The notes: generated from the sequence alone by a model not told the origin. 32,000 nt of DNA from Patescibacteria group bacterium (GCA_041674405.1 JBAYVT010000002.1:1-32000), one strand, 5' to 3'; counted from the stretch's first letter, positions 9,993-17,350 are shown. Numbers and translations: made by a program.

Positions 9993-10154
9993 TTAATATG
10001 GGTTTTGGGAATATAAATATGAATACACTGCGTAGAGAACTCCAATGACTAAAAGAGCAATAATAGATCCAATTACGAGCCCTCTATTTTTCTTTACAAT
10101 GCCCCAGATCAGGCATGAGAGCGAAACTATGATTAGAATCAAACCTGTTAACAT
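9993..10154 (-). CDS. Small two-helix membrane protein (53 aa)
   Basis: The internal ATG 10154 is preceded by AATTTTGGAGGG. The sequence has two hydrophobic helices (LTGLILIIVSLSCLIWGIV and LVIGSIIALLVIGVLYAVY). The track start at 10205 lacks an SD. Confidence 0.6.
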   Translation of the reverse strand: MLTGLILIIVSLSCLIWGIVKKNRGLVIGSIIALLVIGVLYAVYSYLYSQNPY

Positions 10155-10298
10155 TTGCCCTCCAAAATTTTGATTATCTGTGCTTAAAACTTCACTACAT
10201 ACCAAAATGCACTTAATATTTTAATGTATTGTGAATGATAGCGTTATGACTTTATAAATATATTTTTATGCAAACCGCGCCTTGAACTGCGTATGCAG

Positions 10299-10964
10299 CT
10301 AACGTGTCGAGGTGATAGCAATAGAATGAATCAGCTCGTTATTGAAATAAACATTCAGATCAAACTGCCCGACTTCATTAAATTGAAAACCCGTCCCTTT
10401 GCCCGGGTTGGAAATTGTTTGTTTTTCGGTAACAAACGCTCTTTCACCAGTCTCTTGGTTTATGACCTCTACCCAAAACTCTCCCGTGGTTCCTTTGGTA
10501 TCGGTAATATCTACCTCGATTGACATTCCTGCTTTGAATTCAGTGGTAGGCACAGGAATATTATCTGGACCGGGCGGCGTCCCGGGTTTCATTTGGCCGA
10601 TTTCAATTTTGTCAAAATATTTTGTGTATGATGGCTTCACAGCACAAATTTTGGATTTACATAGCAGGCCATCCTTGCAATCTTTGTAGGTTGCGCAGCT
10701 GCTTCCGACTTCGCCATTCGTACACCTTCCACTGGAGCAAAAATCGGTTTTGCAGTCCTCTTTGACACTGCAGGTCGAGCCCAATTTGCCCGAGGAACAA
10801 ACACCCGATATACAACTTGTACCTTCGGTACAGCGGTTGTTTGCTTTGCAAGCCTGGCCCTCGGGGACCTTTTTGATGAAATAATACCAACCGGCAAATC
10901 CGGCACCAGCAAGAATGATTACGCCCAAAACTACAGAGATAATTATTATCGCGGTCTTGTTCAT
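10299..10964 (-). CDS. Membrane-anchored Cys-rich repeat protein (221 aa)
   Basis: SD AAGGAGGAAG precedes ATG 10964. There is an N-terminal TM helix. Three repeats of a four-Cys motif follow (CKANNRCTEGTSCISGVC, CSVKEDCKTDFCSSGRC, CATYKDCKDGLLCKSKIC), then a beta-rich C-terminal domain. Confidence 0.85.
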   Translation of the reverse strand: MNKTAIIIISVVLGVIILAGAGFAGWYYFIKKVPEGQACKANNRCTEGTSCISGVCSSGKLGSTCSVKEDCKTDFCSSGRCTNGEVGSSCATYKDCKDGLLCKSKICAVKPSYTKYFDKIEIGQMKPGTPPGPDNIPVPTTEFKAGMSIEVDITDTKGTTGEFWVEVINQETGERAFVTEKQTISNPGKGTGFQFNEVGQFDLNVYFNNELIHSIAITSTR

Positions 10965-10989
10965 CTTCCTCCTTATTATTTTTTGTTAT

Positions 10990-11184
10990 CTAGAATTTAA
11001 CTACATACCAAAATGCTGCTACAATCACGAGTACCCCAACAATTTTCCAAAAAGTATAAGTTCCATATGCACCGAGCACTTTTTCAACGGAAGGAAAACG
11101 CATCGTATTGTCGGTGATCCATTTTGCATATTTAATAAGAAGATAACCGAATAATATTAAAGCGATAAAAATTAAATATTTCAT
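10990..11184 (-). CDS. Small two-helix membrane protein (64 aa)
   Basis: ORF with two hydrophobic segments (YLIFIALILFGYLLI and IVGVLVIVAAFWYVV). It is tightly packed between neighbouring minus-strand genes. Confidence 0.6.
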   Translation of the reverse strand: MKYLIFIALILFGYLLIKYAKWITDNTMRFPSVEKVLGAYGTYTFWKIVGVLVIVAAFWYVVKF

Positions 11185-11193
11185 ATTCAGTCC

Positions 11194-11643
11194 TTAGTTA
11201 TTAGTCCATAGTTTTAGTGATTCTCCCACAGCCCACTTTGCAAAATCACTGGCATTCGATTTTAGGAATTCTTCGGGTTTCATCCATGTCACAATATGGT
11301 CATCTTCGATTGATTCAGCTTCGTTAATCTTATCCAATTTGGCCAAATAAAACGTGCCTAGCTTATTCATTGATTCCCTGCCTTCTTTCTGAAAATATTG
11401 ATTTGCGTTTCCTAAATATTTCAAATCGCAAATATCGCATCCTGATTCTTCGTAAGTTTCTCGAACCACTGTTATCTTTGGGTCTTCATTATTATCAATC
11501 CCACCTCCGGGTAAGTGAAAGGAACCATTCACATTTAAACATAAAATCTGCCCCGATTCATCAGAAACTACCGCATAAGCCCCTGGCCTTTCTCGATATG
11601 TTCCGAGTGGTTTTGTTCCGAATTGAAATATTTTATTTGACAT
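11194..11643 (-). CDS. Nudix-family hydrolase
   Basis: Canonical Nudix box GGGIDNNEDPKITVVRETYEESGC (GX5EX7REUXEEXGU). Confidence 0.85.
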   Translation of the reverse strand: MSNKIFQFGTKPLGTYRERPGAYAVVSDESGQILCLNVNGSFHLPGGGIDNNEDPKITVVRETYEESGCDICDLKYLGNANQYFQKEGRESMNKLGTFYLAKLDKINEAESIEDDHIVTWMKPEEFLKSNASDFAKWAVGESLKLWTNN

Positions 11644-11684
11644 TAGAAATTAGTAATTAGTCATTACAAACCTTGGGTTTGCTC

Positions 11685-13064
11685 TCACTCTTCTCTCCAT
11701 GACAGAATCGCATAAGATCCTGTGGTTGGATATTCTGGGGGCGGGCTTAACGTGAGGTATGGGTCATAAGTTTGCAATGTATTTCGATAACCGGCGATAA
11801 CAGTACTTCCCGAAACCCACGACCATGTCCAGTACTGATTTGTTGAAATGCTTCCATATATGGAAATGGAGCTTTTGACAGGTCCTTTGCTATCAGGATA
11901 CCAGACATGGCCGGTTTGGGACAGAAGGGCCGCGTCAATTTCCAACGATGAAACTGCATAATCGGGTATTTCAATATTACCCTGGGAAACAAGACCAATT
12001 GAGGCAGTGCCATCTTTGGCTCCGTACAACAAATTATCCTTAATTTTGATCAATGCTGGGCCTGATTTGTCTATATAGGCAGCAATTGTAATCCGGCCAT
12101 TATATGTACCATCTACCCAAACATTATCATTGACATATACTACTCCGTTTCCAGGCGCATCTAAAGTTCCCAAAAAGTTTGCAGTGATGCCGGTTGACCT
12201 CTCACCACTCACCCGGTATTCATCAATCTTTCCATCTGAGCGCAACTTTAGATAATAGCCGCGTGATTTTGAGGAATCCAGATATATACCACCGGTTTTG
12301 GACTCGGTTTTTAAGTTGGCAAAATCCACGCTTACTCGATTAAAATCAACCGTCGGCACCGGAAAAACCCAATAGTTTTTTGGTCCCCCATTGCCCCAAA
12401 CGCCATCATGTAGTTGGCCATCTCCACCAAAACTTGATGTCGGCCTATATGTTGCCGAAGATGAACTGATAATTCCATTTGCTGTTCCGTCAAAATGCAC
12501 TCCGACATTGGAATGAACAGGGCCGTTTGTTGTTTCATTTACACCAAACCAGCATTCAGTATTTGTCAAAAATGCGTATCTTGCAAATGAGGGCATGCCA
12601 AGATCTGCCAGAACAATCCTATCCATGCTCTCCCCTTTGATTTTTCCGACCGCTTTCACATTCACCACCGCATCTCCAAGCCCAGGTGGGGTTATATACA
12701 AGTCATACGTTCCAACTACATTTCCAGATTGATCAGTATAGTCGTGAGCATAAGGTCCATAAGGCCCGTCTCCCTGGGGGCAAACGTTGCCATCGCAATA
12801 ATCCTTGTTGTCGTGTGCCAAATGCCACATATAATAATTGACTCCTGCTTCGGCTACATCAAGTGCCGAGACTGTCTGCATGTGCAATTTTGCATCCTTT
12901 AGGTTGGATAGAGCAAAACCGGCTACCGCCATCGATAACCCCAAAAATAATACCGAAGTGACCATAATCACCGGAAGGTAGGCGCCTTTTTGAAAGCTTA
13001 TTTTTGACCCTTGCCCGCCTTGAGCAGGGCCGAAGGGATTTTCGATCTTTGGCTTAATGATCAT
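11685..13064 (-). CDS. PilX-like type IV pilus minor component (459 aa)
   Basis: The N-terminal segment GAYLPVIMVTSVLFLGLSMAVAGFALSN...ALDVAEAGVNYYMW resembles the PilX N-terminal domain (hydrophobic helix followed by an AEAG motif). Its start overlaps the upstream pilin stop (ATGA at 13061-13064). Confidence 0.7.
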   Translation of the reverse strand: MIIKPKIENPFGPAQGGQGSKISFQKGAYLPVIMVTSVLFLGLSMAVAGFALSNLKDAKLHMQTVSALDVAEAGVNYYMWHLAHDNKDYCDGNVCPQGDGPYGPYAHDYTDQSGNVVGTYDLYITPPGLGDAVVNVKAVGKIKGESMDRIVLADLGMPSFARYAFLTNTECWFGVNETTNGPVHSNVGVHFDGTANGIISSSSATYRPTSSFGGDGQLHDGVWGNGGPKNYWVFPVPTVDFNRVSVDFANLKTESKTGGIYLDSSKSRGYYLKLRSDGKIDEYRVSGERSTGITANFLGTLDAPGNGVVYVNDNVWVDGTYNGRITIAAYIDKSGPALIKIKDNLLYGAKDGTASIGLVSQGNIEIPDYAVSSLEIDAALLSQTGHVWYPDSKGPVKSSISIYGSISTNQYWTWSWVSGSTVIAGYRNTLQTYDPYLTLSPPPEYPTTGSYAILSWREE

Positions 13065-13645
13065 AGGTTTGTTTTAAGATTTCTCAAATTAACCCTGGTT
13101 ATTGTGGTCACCGCATCCGGGCTTTTGTTCGGATCTTTATCAACCATAATTTGGAATTGCACCATTCTCACAGCATCGGTCGGTACCGGATCAGAAATCT
13201 GCGAGCTGGTATCGTTAAAATAACGAAACAAATCTGATCCATTGGTGACGTTTTTGATTATCATGCTTACATTTTCTTCTTCAGGTGGATAATTAAATAC
13301 CGGCCCAGGCCCCGTGGGCTCTATAATCCCTTTCTTAAATTCACCATTTTCGGAAAAGTATCTAACTTTGCTCGGAGCAGGCTGCTCATCGCCGAGAAGA
13401 TATGCATAAAATTCGTAGGTATCGGCAGTGGAAGCAATAACCTGTGTACTTCCTCTTGCATTTTTCTCGAAATCACGCATTGCTTTAGCAGCCTCCTCTT
13501 GCGAACTGATCGCTTCCTGGCCATAACGGTAGCTTTGGAACCCTCTTACAATCATCGTTGCAACCACGATTCCAATTACGCCAAGAAGCAAGATGACGAA
13601 TGTCATCTCGACCAAGGTAAATGCTTTTTTTGTGCTAATTTTCAT
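13061..13645 (-). CDS. Prepilin-type N-terminal cleavage/methylation domain protein (pseudopilin, 194 aa)
   Basis: MKISTKKAFTLVEMTFVILLLGVIGIVVA: a short basic leader, then the FTLVE motif and a hydrophobic helix, typical of type IV pilins and pseudopilins. Confidence 0.85.
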   Translation of the reverse strand: MKISTKKAFTLVEMTFVILLLGVIGIVVATMIVRGFQSYRYGQEAISSQEEAAKAMRDFEKNARGSTQVIASTADTYEFYAYLLGDEQPAPSKVRYFSENGEFKKGIIEPTGPGPVFNYPPEEENVSMIIKNVTNGSDLFRYFNDTSSQISDPVPTDAVRMVQFQIMVDKDPNKSPDAVTTITRVNLRNLKTNL

Positions 13646-13742
13646 CGAAAACCTATCAAATTTTAGTAATTTTCAAGTTGTAATTTTCCAACCTCGGCTC
13701 GTGCCTCGGCCGAGACGGGTGATTTTTGAGTTTTGAATTAGA

Positions 13743-15158
13743 CTATGGTGCCACTATCTCAAACACACCCGGCTGATTGGCAAATTCACCGCCAGGATTT
13801 TCGATATAAATATCGTATTTTCCTAGATCAAAAAGCGAAAGATCAAAATCTACATCGATGGTTGTTCCTGACTTGACAGAAATATTTGTGCCTAAAATCT
13901 CTTTGGTTGCATTTTTCAATTTTATTATCGGTTCGTTGCTAAAATTTTCTCCGGTGATTGTGAGGGTAGCAATATCACCCTTCACCCCTGTCGGCGGTGT
14001 AATTGAGCGTATTCTTGGCGCTGTCGCAGAATCTGTTAAATAAATGATGACCTGAAGAGTAGAATTTGGAGCGAGATGGACGGGTTGAACAGGCGAAATT
14101 GCTGAAATATATTTATCGGCAGATAAAATTGTAAAATTATAATCATCCCATTCCATGCCAGTAAGCGACAAACTGCCGTTTGCATCAGTCTGTTGATCTT
14201 GTGAGTATTTATGGGTAACGGGATTAAAATATATTTCTTTACTACCCTCAAGATGAAAACTTATATTGGGCACAAGAACCCCATTCAGATCAGCCGTTTG
14301 AATATTTAATGTGCTAACTTTATCTATCGTAAGCGTCACATTTGTAACCTGTTGTGCCAAAATATCAATATCCGGTTGAAGCTGGTTGGGATTTTGTGGT
14401 GTACGCGGATAGGTCATATCGGTAGAGTATCCATCTTTTGTAACCACAATATGATATTCATTATGCTGATCCGGCGGAAGGCTTGGCACCATGATACAGC
14501 CCGTAAGATCGGTTGTGAATTGCATATCCACGGGCGGATCAACATTGGGGTTTTGCAGAGTTGCTTGGGCATCGACAACTGGTTGATTGTTTGCATCGAT
14601 CACGCACAGATATAAAATACCGGAATTGGTTGGAGTTTCAGCTGCTTTCGCTGAAATATTTGTCGTAAGAGTCGCAAGCGGATCTGGCCGACCAACCTTA
14701 TATACCTTTACCTCGGCTTTTTTATAGTCATACGGATAGATATCTTGCGGTTTTCCGGGAATGCTTCCGGCCACATTCCCATCAAAGGGATCATCTACAT
14801 AACTAATTGTCGTATGCACATTATATTGAATATTATTTTCTGTTATTGGTTCATCATCAAGAATCTCGCCCGGAGGATAAATCGTTCCGTGTATAGTCGC
14901 CAATGAATCGTAGGGCAAATTGCGAATATCCTCCATTTTTTCATTCGCAATAGCTACAGCTGCTACTTTGGCCTTTGCCATCAAGATCCCTTTTTCCGCT
15001 GCCATAAATGAGGAAACGATAGCAGTTGCAACCAAAGCAATCACAATAAAATCAACCAAAACCTCAATTATGGTAAAACCACTGGTCTTGTTTTGCTTTT
15101 TAGCTCGATACTTGATACTTGATATTTGATGATGGCAGATGTTCCCTCTCTTCCACAT
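13743..15158 (-). CDS. Large PilV-like minor pilin with C-terminal Ig-like/IPT-type domains (471 aa)
   Basis: SGFTIIEVLVDFIVIALVATAIVSSF is a prepilin motif that follows a long leader. AVAIANEKMEDIRNLPYDSL is PilV-like. The C-terminus PRIRSITPPTGVKGDIATLTITGENFS resembles an IPT/TIG fold. Confidence 0.8.
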   Translation of the reverse strand: MWKRGNICHHQISSIKYRAKKQNKTSGFTIIEVLVDFIVIALVATAIVSSFMAAEKGILMAKAKVAAVAIANEKMEDIRNLPYDSLATIHGTIYPPGEILDDEPITENNIQYNVHTTISYVDDPFDGNVAGSIPGKPQDIYPYDYKKAEVKVYKVGRPDPLATLTTNISAKAAETPTNSGILYLCVIDANNQPVVDAQATLQNPNVDPPVDMQFTTDLTGCIMVPSLPPDQHNEYHIVVTKDGYSTDMTYPRTPQNPNQLQPDIDILAQQVTNVTLTIDKVSTLNIQTADLNGVLVPNISFHLEGSKEIYFNPVTHKYSQDQQTDANGSLSLTGMEWDDYNFTILSADKYISAISPVQPVHLAPNSTLQVIIYLTDSATAPRIRSITPPTGVKGDIATLTITGENFSNEPIIKLKNATKEILGTNISVKSGTTIDVDFDLSLFDLGKYDIYIENPGGEFANQPGVFEIVAP

Positions 15159-15169
15159 CTACAATGATA

Positions 15170-15613
15170 CTACTTTAGGATCAAAATTAAAACCGAAAAT
15201 GCAATAAATATTGCTTGTATTGAAAGCCCCAAAAATGGGCCAATTTTTATCGCCTGAATCTTGTCGTGAACATAATGCATTTTGTCCCCAAACCAAGTCT
15301 TTTGAAAATTCTTTTTCCAAAAAGGGGCTACGTCGAGAATGTCAGGCAAAAGACAACCAAATGCTCCCGAAATAAACGCAACTGGATGACTAATTTTGTC
15401 ATAAAAAATCACAAACAAAACAACACCAATTAATATATCCAACAGAATTAAGACGTTTTGCCGCAATGTAAATTTGCCATCATCGGTCGTGTCAAAATGG
15501 GGAATTGAGTCGAGAATAAAATGCAAAATAAATCCGGCGAAAAAAGCAGGAATTGGCGAATTAATGTATTCGCCGGCAATACCACCAATAAATCCATGAG
15601 TTGCAAAAAGTAT
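15170..15613 (-). CDS. DUF457/YdjM-like membrane-bound metal-dependent hydrolase; start codon unclear
   Basis: The family N-terminal motif THGFIGG is encoded upstream of the only canonical start (TTG 15526). The reading frame is open back to the codon ATA at 15613-15611. That codon directly follows the TAA of the preceding ORF and lies 5 nt after AAGGGGG. Confidence 0.6.
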   Translation of the reverse strand: MLFATHGFIGGIAGEYINSPIPAFFAGFILHFILDSIPHFDTTDDGKFTLRQNVLILLDILIGVVLFVIFYDKISHPVAFISGAFGCLLPDILDVAPFWKKNFQKTWFGDKMHYVHDKIQAIKIGPFLGLSIQAIFIAFSVLILILK

Positions 15614-16000
15614 TTATTCCCCCTTTAATTGCTCAATAAATATTCTGTAAGCATCGGGGGTAGCTAGCAGTTTTCCAGTTCCATTTTCAAATTCTGTGAT
15701 TCGCAAATCGGTAAATGGTGCATCCACCTCATAATCATTAGCTTCGTCTTCGGTCATCAGCACCATGGGTGATCCAGCACTTTCTTTGTTTCCCGGTGCG
15801 CGGTTATCCCAAACTATCCCTCCCCAGGTCCTTACCAACGAAAGGCCGTCTATTCCTGACGGAAATTTTGCTTTTACTTTACCTTGACGAATCCAGCCCG
15901 ATTCATCACCAAGCACTTCCGGCTCAATTTGCCGCTCCTCAGTATCTGGCCCCACATCTTCCGGTCCGGGTCTGCGTCCGATGTTTATTCCGAATACCAT
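15614..16000 (-). CDS. Hypothetical protein (128 aa), GC-rich at its 5' half
   Basis: ATG 16000 is preceded by AATTTTGGAGGAAAT. The 203-aa track ORF extends over a tRNA gene and so is too long. No family recognised. Confidence 0.6.
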   Translation of the reverse strand: MVFGINIGRRPGPEDVGPDTEERQIEPEVLGDESGWIRQGKVKAKFPSGIDGLSLVRTWGGIVWDNRAPGNKESAGSPMVLMTEDEANDYEVDAPFTDLRITEFENGTGKLLATPDAYRIFIEQLKGE

Positions 16001-16102
16001 ATTTCCTCCAAAATTTTGATTATAATTAACAGATAAATGAGACTGATAGCTTGCTATAAGTTTTGTCGAATGGCCTGCCATAAGCAAATGAAGCGAGTCG
16101 AA

Positions 16103-16189
16103 TGGTGGACCTACCGGGAATTGCCCGTCTCGCTTTGGCGCAGCCGAGGCGGAAACCCGAAACTGAGCAATACGCCCCGTACCACATCT
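16103..16189 (-). other. tRNA-like remnant ending in a copy of the tRNA-Ala-CGC 3' end (TAGGTCCACCA)
   Basis: The 11 nt at 16103-16113 are identical to 16190-16200. The segment begins GGTACGGGGCG, which is complementary to CCCCGTACCC just upstream of the tRNA. Confidence 0.45.
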
Positions 16190-16263
16190 TGGTGGACCTA
16201 GCGAGAGTCGAACTCGCGTCTCCACAATGCGAATGTGGAATCGTACCGCTAGACCATAGGCCC
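16190..16263 (-). tRNA. tRNA-Ala (anticodon CGC), CCA encoded
   Basis: Reverse complement GGGCCTATGGTCTAGCGGTACGATTCCACATTCGCATTGTGGAGACGCGAGTTCGACTCTCGCTAGGTCCACCA. Anticodon loop is TTCGCAT. G3:U70 is present. The D stem is short (3 bp). Confidence 0.8.
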
Positions 16264-16359
16264 AAATGGGTACGGGGTAAAAATGCCTGCTACCTGCCCC
16301 GTATTGAACTCTGTTCTGATACTGGGGTGCCGTTTAACTATAGGCCCATTATCAGTATT

Positions 16360-16388
16360 AATATAGCGCTCGAAGCTAAATTTTTCAA
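16360..16388 (-). promoter_or_regulatory. Sigma70-like promoter upstream of tRNA-Ala-CGC
   Basis: Minus sense reads TTGAAA (16388-16383), a 17-nt spacer, then TATATT (16365-16360). Confidence 0.5.
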
Positions 16389-16396
16389 GATCGAAA

Positions 16397-17035
16397 CTAA
16401 ACAATTCCTTCGGATTCGCGATTTAGTTCATCAAAGAATTTAATCATAAAATCATGCCGCCTTTTAGCGATGCGTCTTCCCTCTTTTGTGAGGAGTTTGT
16501 TTTTAACCTTCGACATGTGCAAGATGAACTCGCGGTAAGCAGTATCTTCCTTAGTATATTCGAATTCTTTTCCGAGCTTGGGTTTCGGATCATGCACACG
16601 GGAACCTATTTCACCTGCAAATACGAATGAGCGAGCCACTCCGATTGCGCCGCAATTATCCAATTTATCTGCATCAAAAAGCACTTTTGCTTCTATTGTT
16701 TCAGGAATTCCGCCCTTTTTTGATCTGTGGCGTTCAATGCAATGGGCTACGGAATCAATAAATTCTGGTTCGAGCTCGTATTTCGTAAGGATCTGCCTAG
16801 CTTTTTTCGCCCCAAGCTCGGCATGACAGATTTCTCCCTTAGACAACCGCTCTTCATCGCGGGCAATATCGTGGAGCAAGGTTGCATAATGCAAGACTCG
16901 TATGTCTGCCCCTTCATCTTTGCCGATATGTAGTGCCATTTTAAGAACTCTCTCAGTATGATCAAAATCATGACACCCGGGCGATTTCTCAAAAATGTTT
17001 CTGACTTCTTTTTCGATTGCTTTGATTTTATTCAT
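16397..17035 (-). CDS. HD-domain metal-dependent phosphohydrolase
   Basis: HDFDHTERV...LLHDIAR...FDADKLD are the His/Asp motifs of the HD superfamily. Confidence 0.85.
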   Translation of the reverse strand: MNKIKAIEKEVRNIFEKSPGCHDFDHTERVLKMALHIGKDEGADIRVLHYATLLHDIARDEERLSKGEICHAELGAKKARQILTKYELEPEFIDSVAHCIERHRSKKGGIPETIEAKVLFDADKLDNCGAIGVARSFVFAGEIGSRVHDPKPKLGKEFEYTKEDTAYREFILHMSKVKNKLLTKEGRRIAKRRHDFMIKFFDELNRESEGIV

Positions 17036-17062
17036 AGATATATTCTAACAAAAAAATCCATT

Positions 17063-17171
17063 TGGTGGGCGTGAGAGGAATCTCACGCGCTTCGCTTTTC
17101 AGAACCCTCGGTTCTGAATTATCTCCTACACGGGAAACTTCTGTTTCCCGACCCCTTCCCGGGTCCGATTC
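17063..17171 (-). other. tRNA-Ile 3'-end copy fused to a conserved hairpin element (copy B); pseudo-tRNA, att remnant or sRNA
   Basis: Minus sense reads CGGGAAGGGGTCGG[GGGAAAC AGAA GTTTCCC]GTGTAGGAGATAAT[TCAGAACC GAG GGTTCTGA]AAAGCGAAGC[GCGTGAGA TTCC TCTCACGC]CCACCA. The last 20 nt are identical to the tRNA-Ile 3' end. Confidence 0.5.
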
Positions 17172-17214
17172 TAAATTACAAAAAAATAGCCAGTAATAAT
17201 ACTGCCTATCTTTT

Positions 17215-17291
17215 TGGTGGGCGTGAGAGGAATCGAACCTCTGACCTCGGCTTTATCAGAGCCGCGCTCTAACCAACTGAGCTACACGCCC
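17215..17291 (-). tRNA. tRNA-Ile (anticodon GAU), CCA encoded
   Basis: Reverse complement GGGCGTGTAGCTCAGTTGGTTAGAGCGCGGCTCTGATAAAGCCGAGGTCAGAGGTTCGATTCCTCTCACGCCCACCA. It forms a clean cloverleaf with anticodon loop CTGATAA. Confidence 0.95.
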
Positions 17292-17315
17292 ATGCAAATG
17301 GATTTTTACACAGAA

Positions 17316-17344
17316 ATGATACCAAAAAACCAGCTACTTATCAA
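17316..17344 (-). promoter_or_regulatory. Sigma70-like promoter for tRNA-Ile (extended -10)
   Basis: Minus sense reads TTGATA (17344-17339), a 17-nt spacer, then TGgTATCAT (-10 at 17321-17316), about 25 nt before the tRNA. Confidence 0.6.
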
Positions 17345-17350
17345 CAGACT

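Noticed and set aside
16001-16443. The N-terminal extension of the 203-aa ORF (15614-16225), and ORFs 16026-16265 (-) and 16102-16443 (+)
   Set aside because: They run across the tRNA-Ala-CGC gene and its flanking remnants. The internal ATG at 16000 has the SD.
17063-17171. Copy B as a T-box leader for the HD-domain gene
   Set aside because: A T-box needs a UGGN bulge that pairs with the tRNA NCCA end. Here the transcript itself carries the CCACCA sequence (tRNA-like sense). No specifier or Stem I features were seen.
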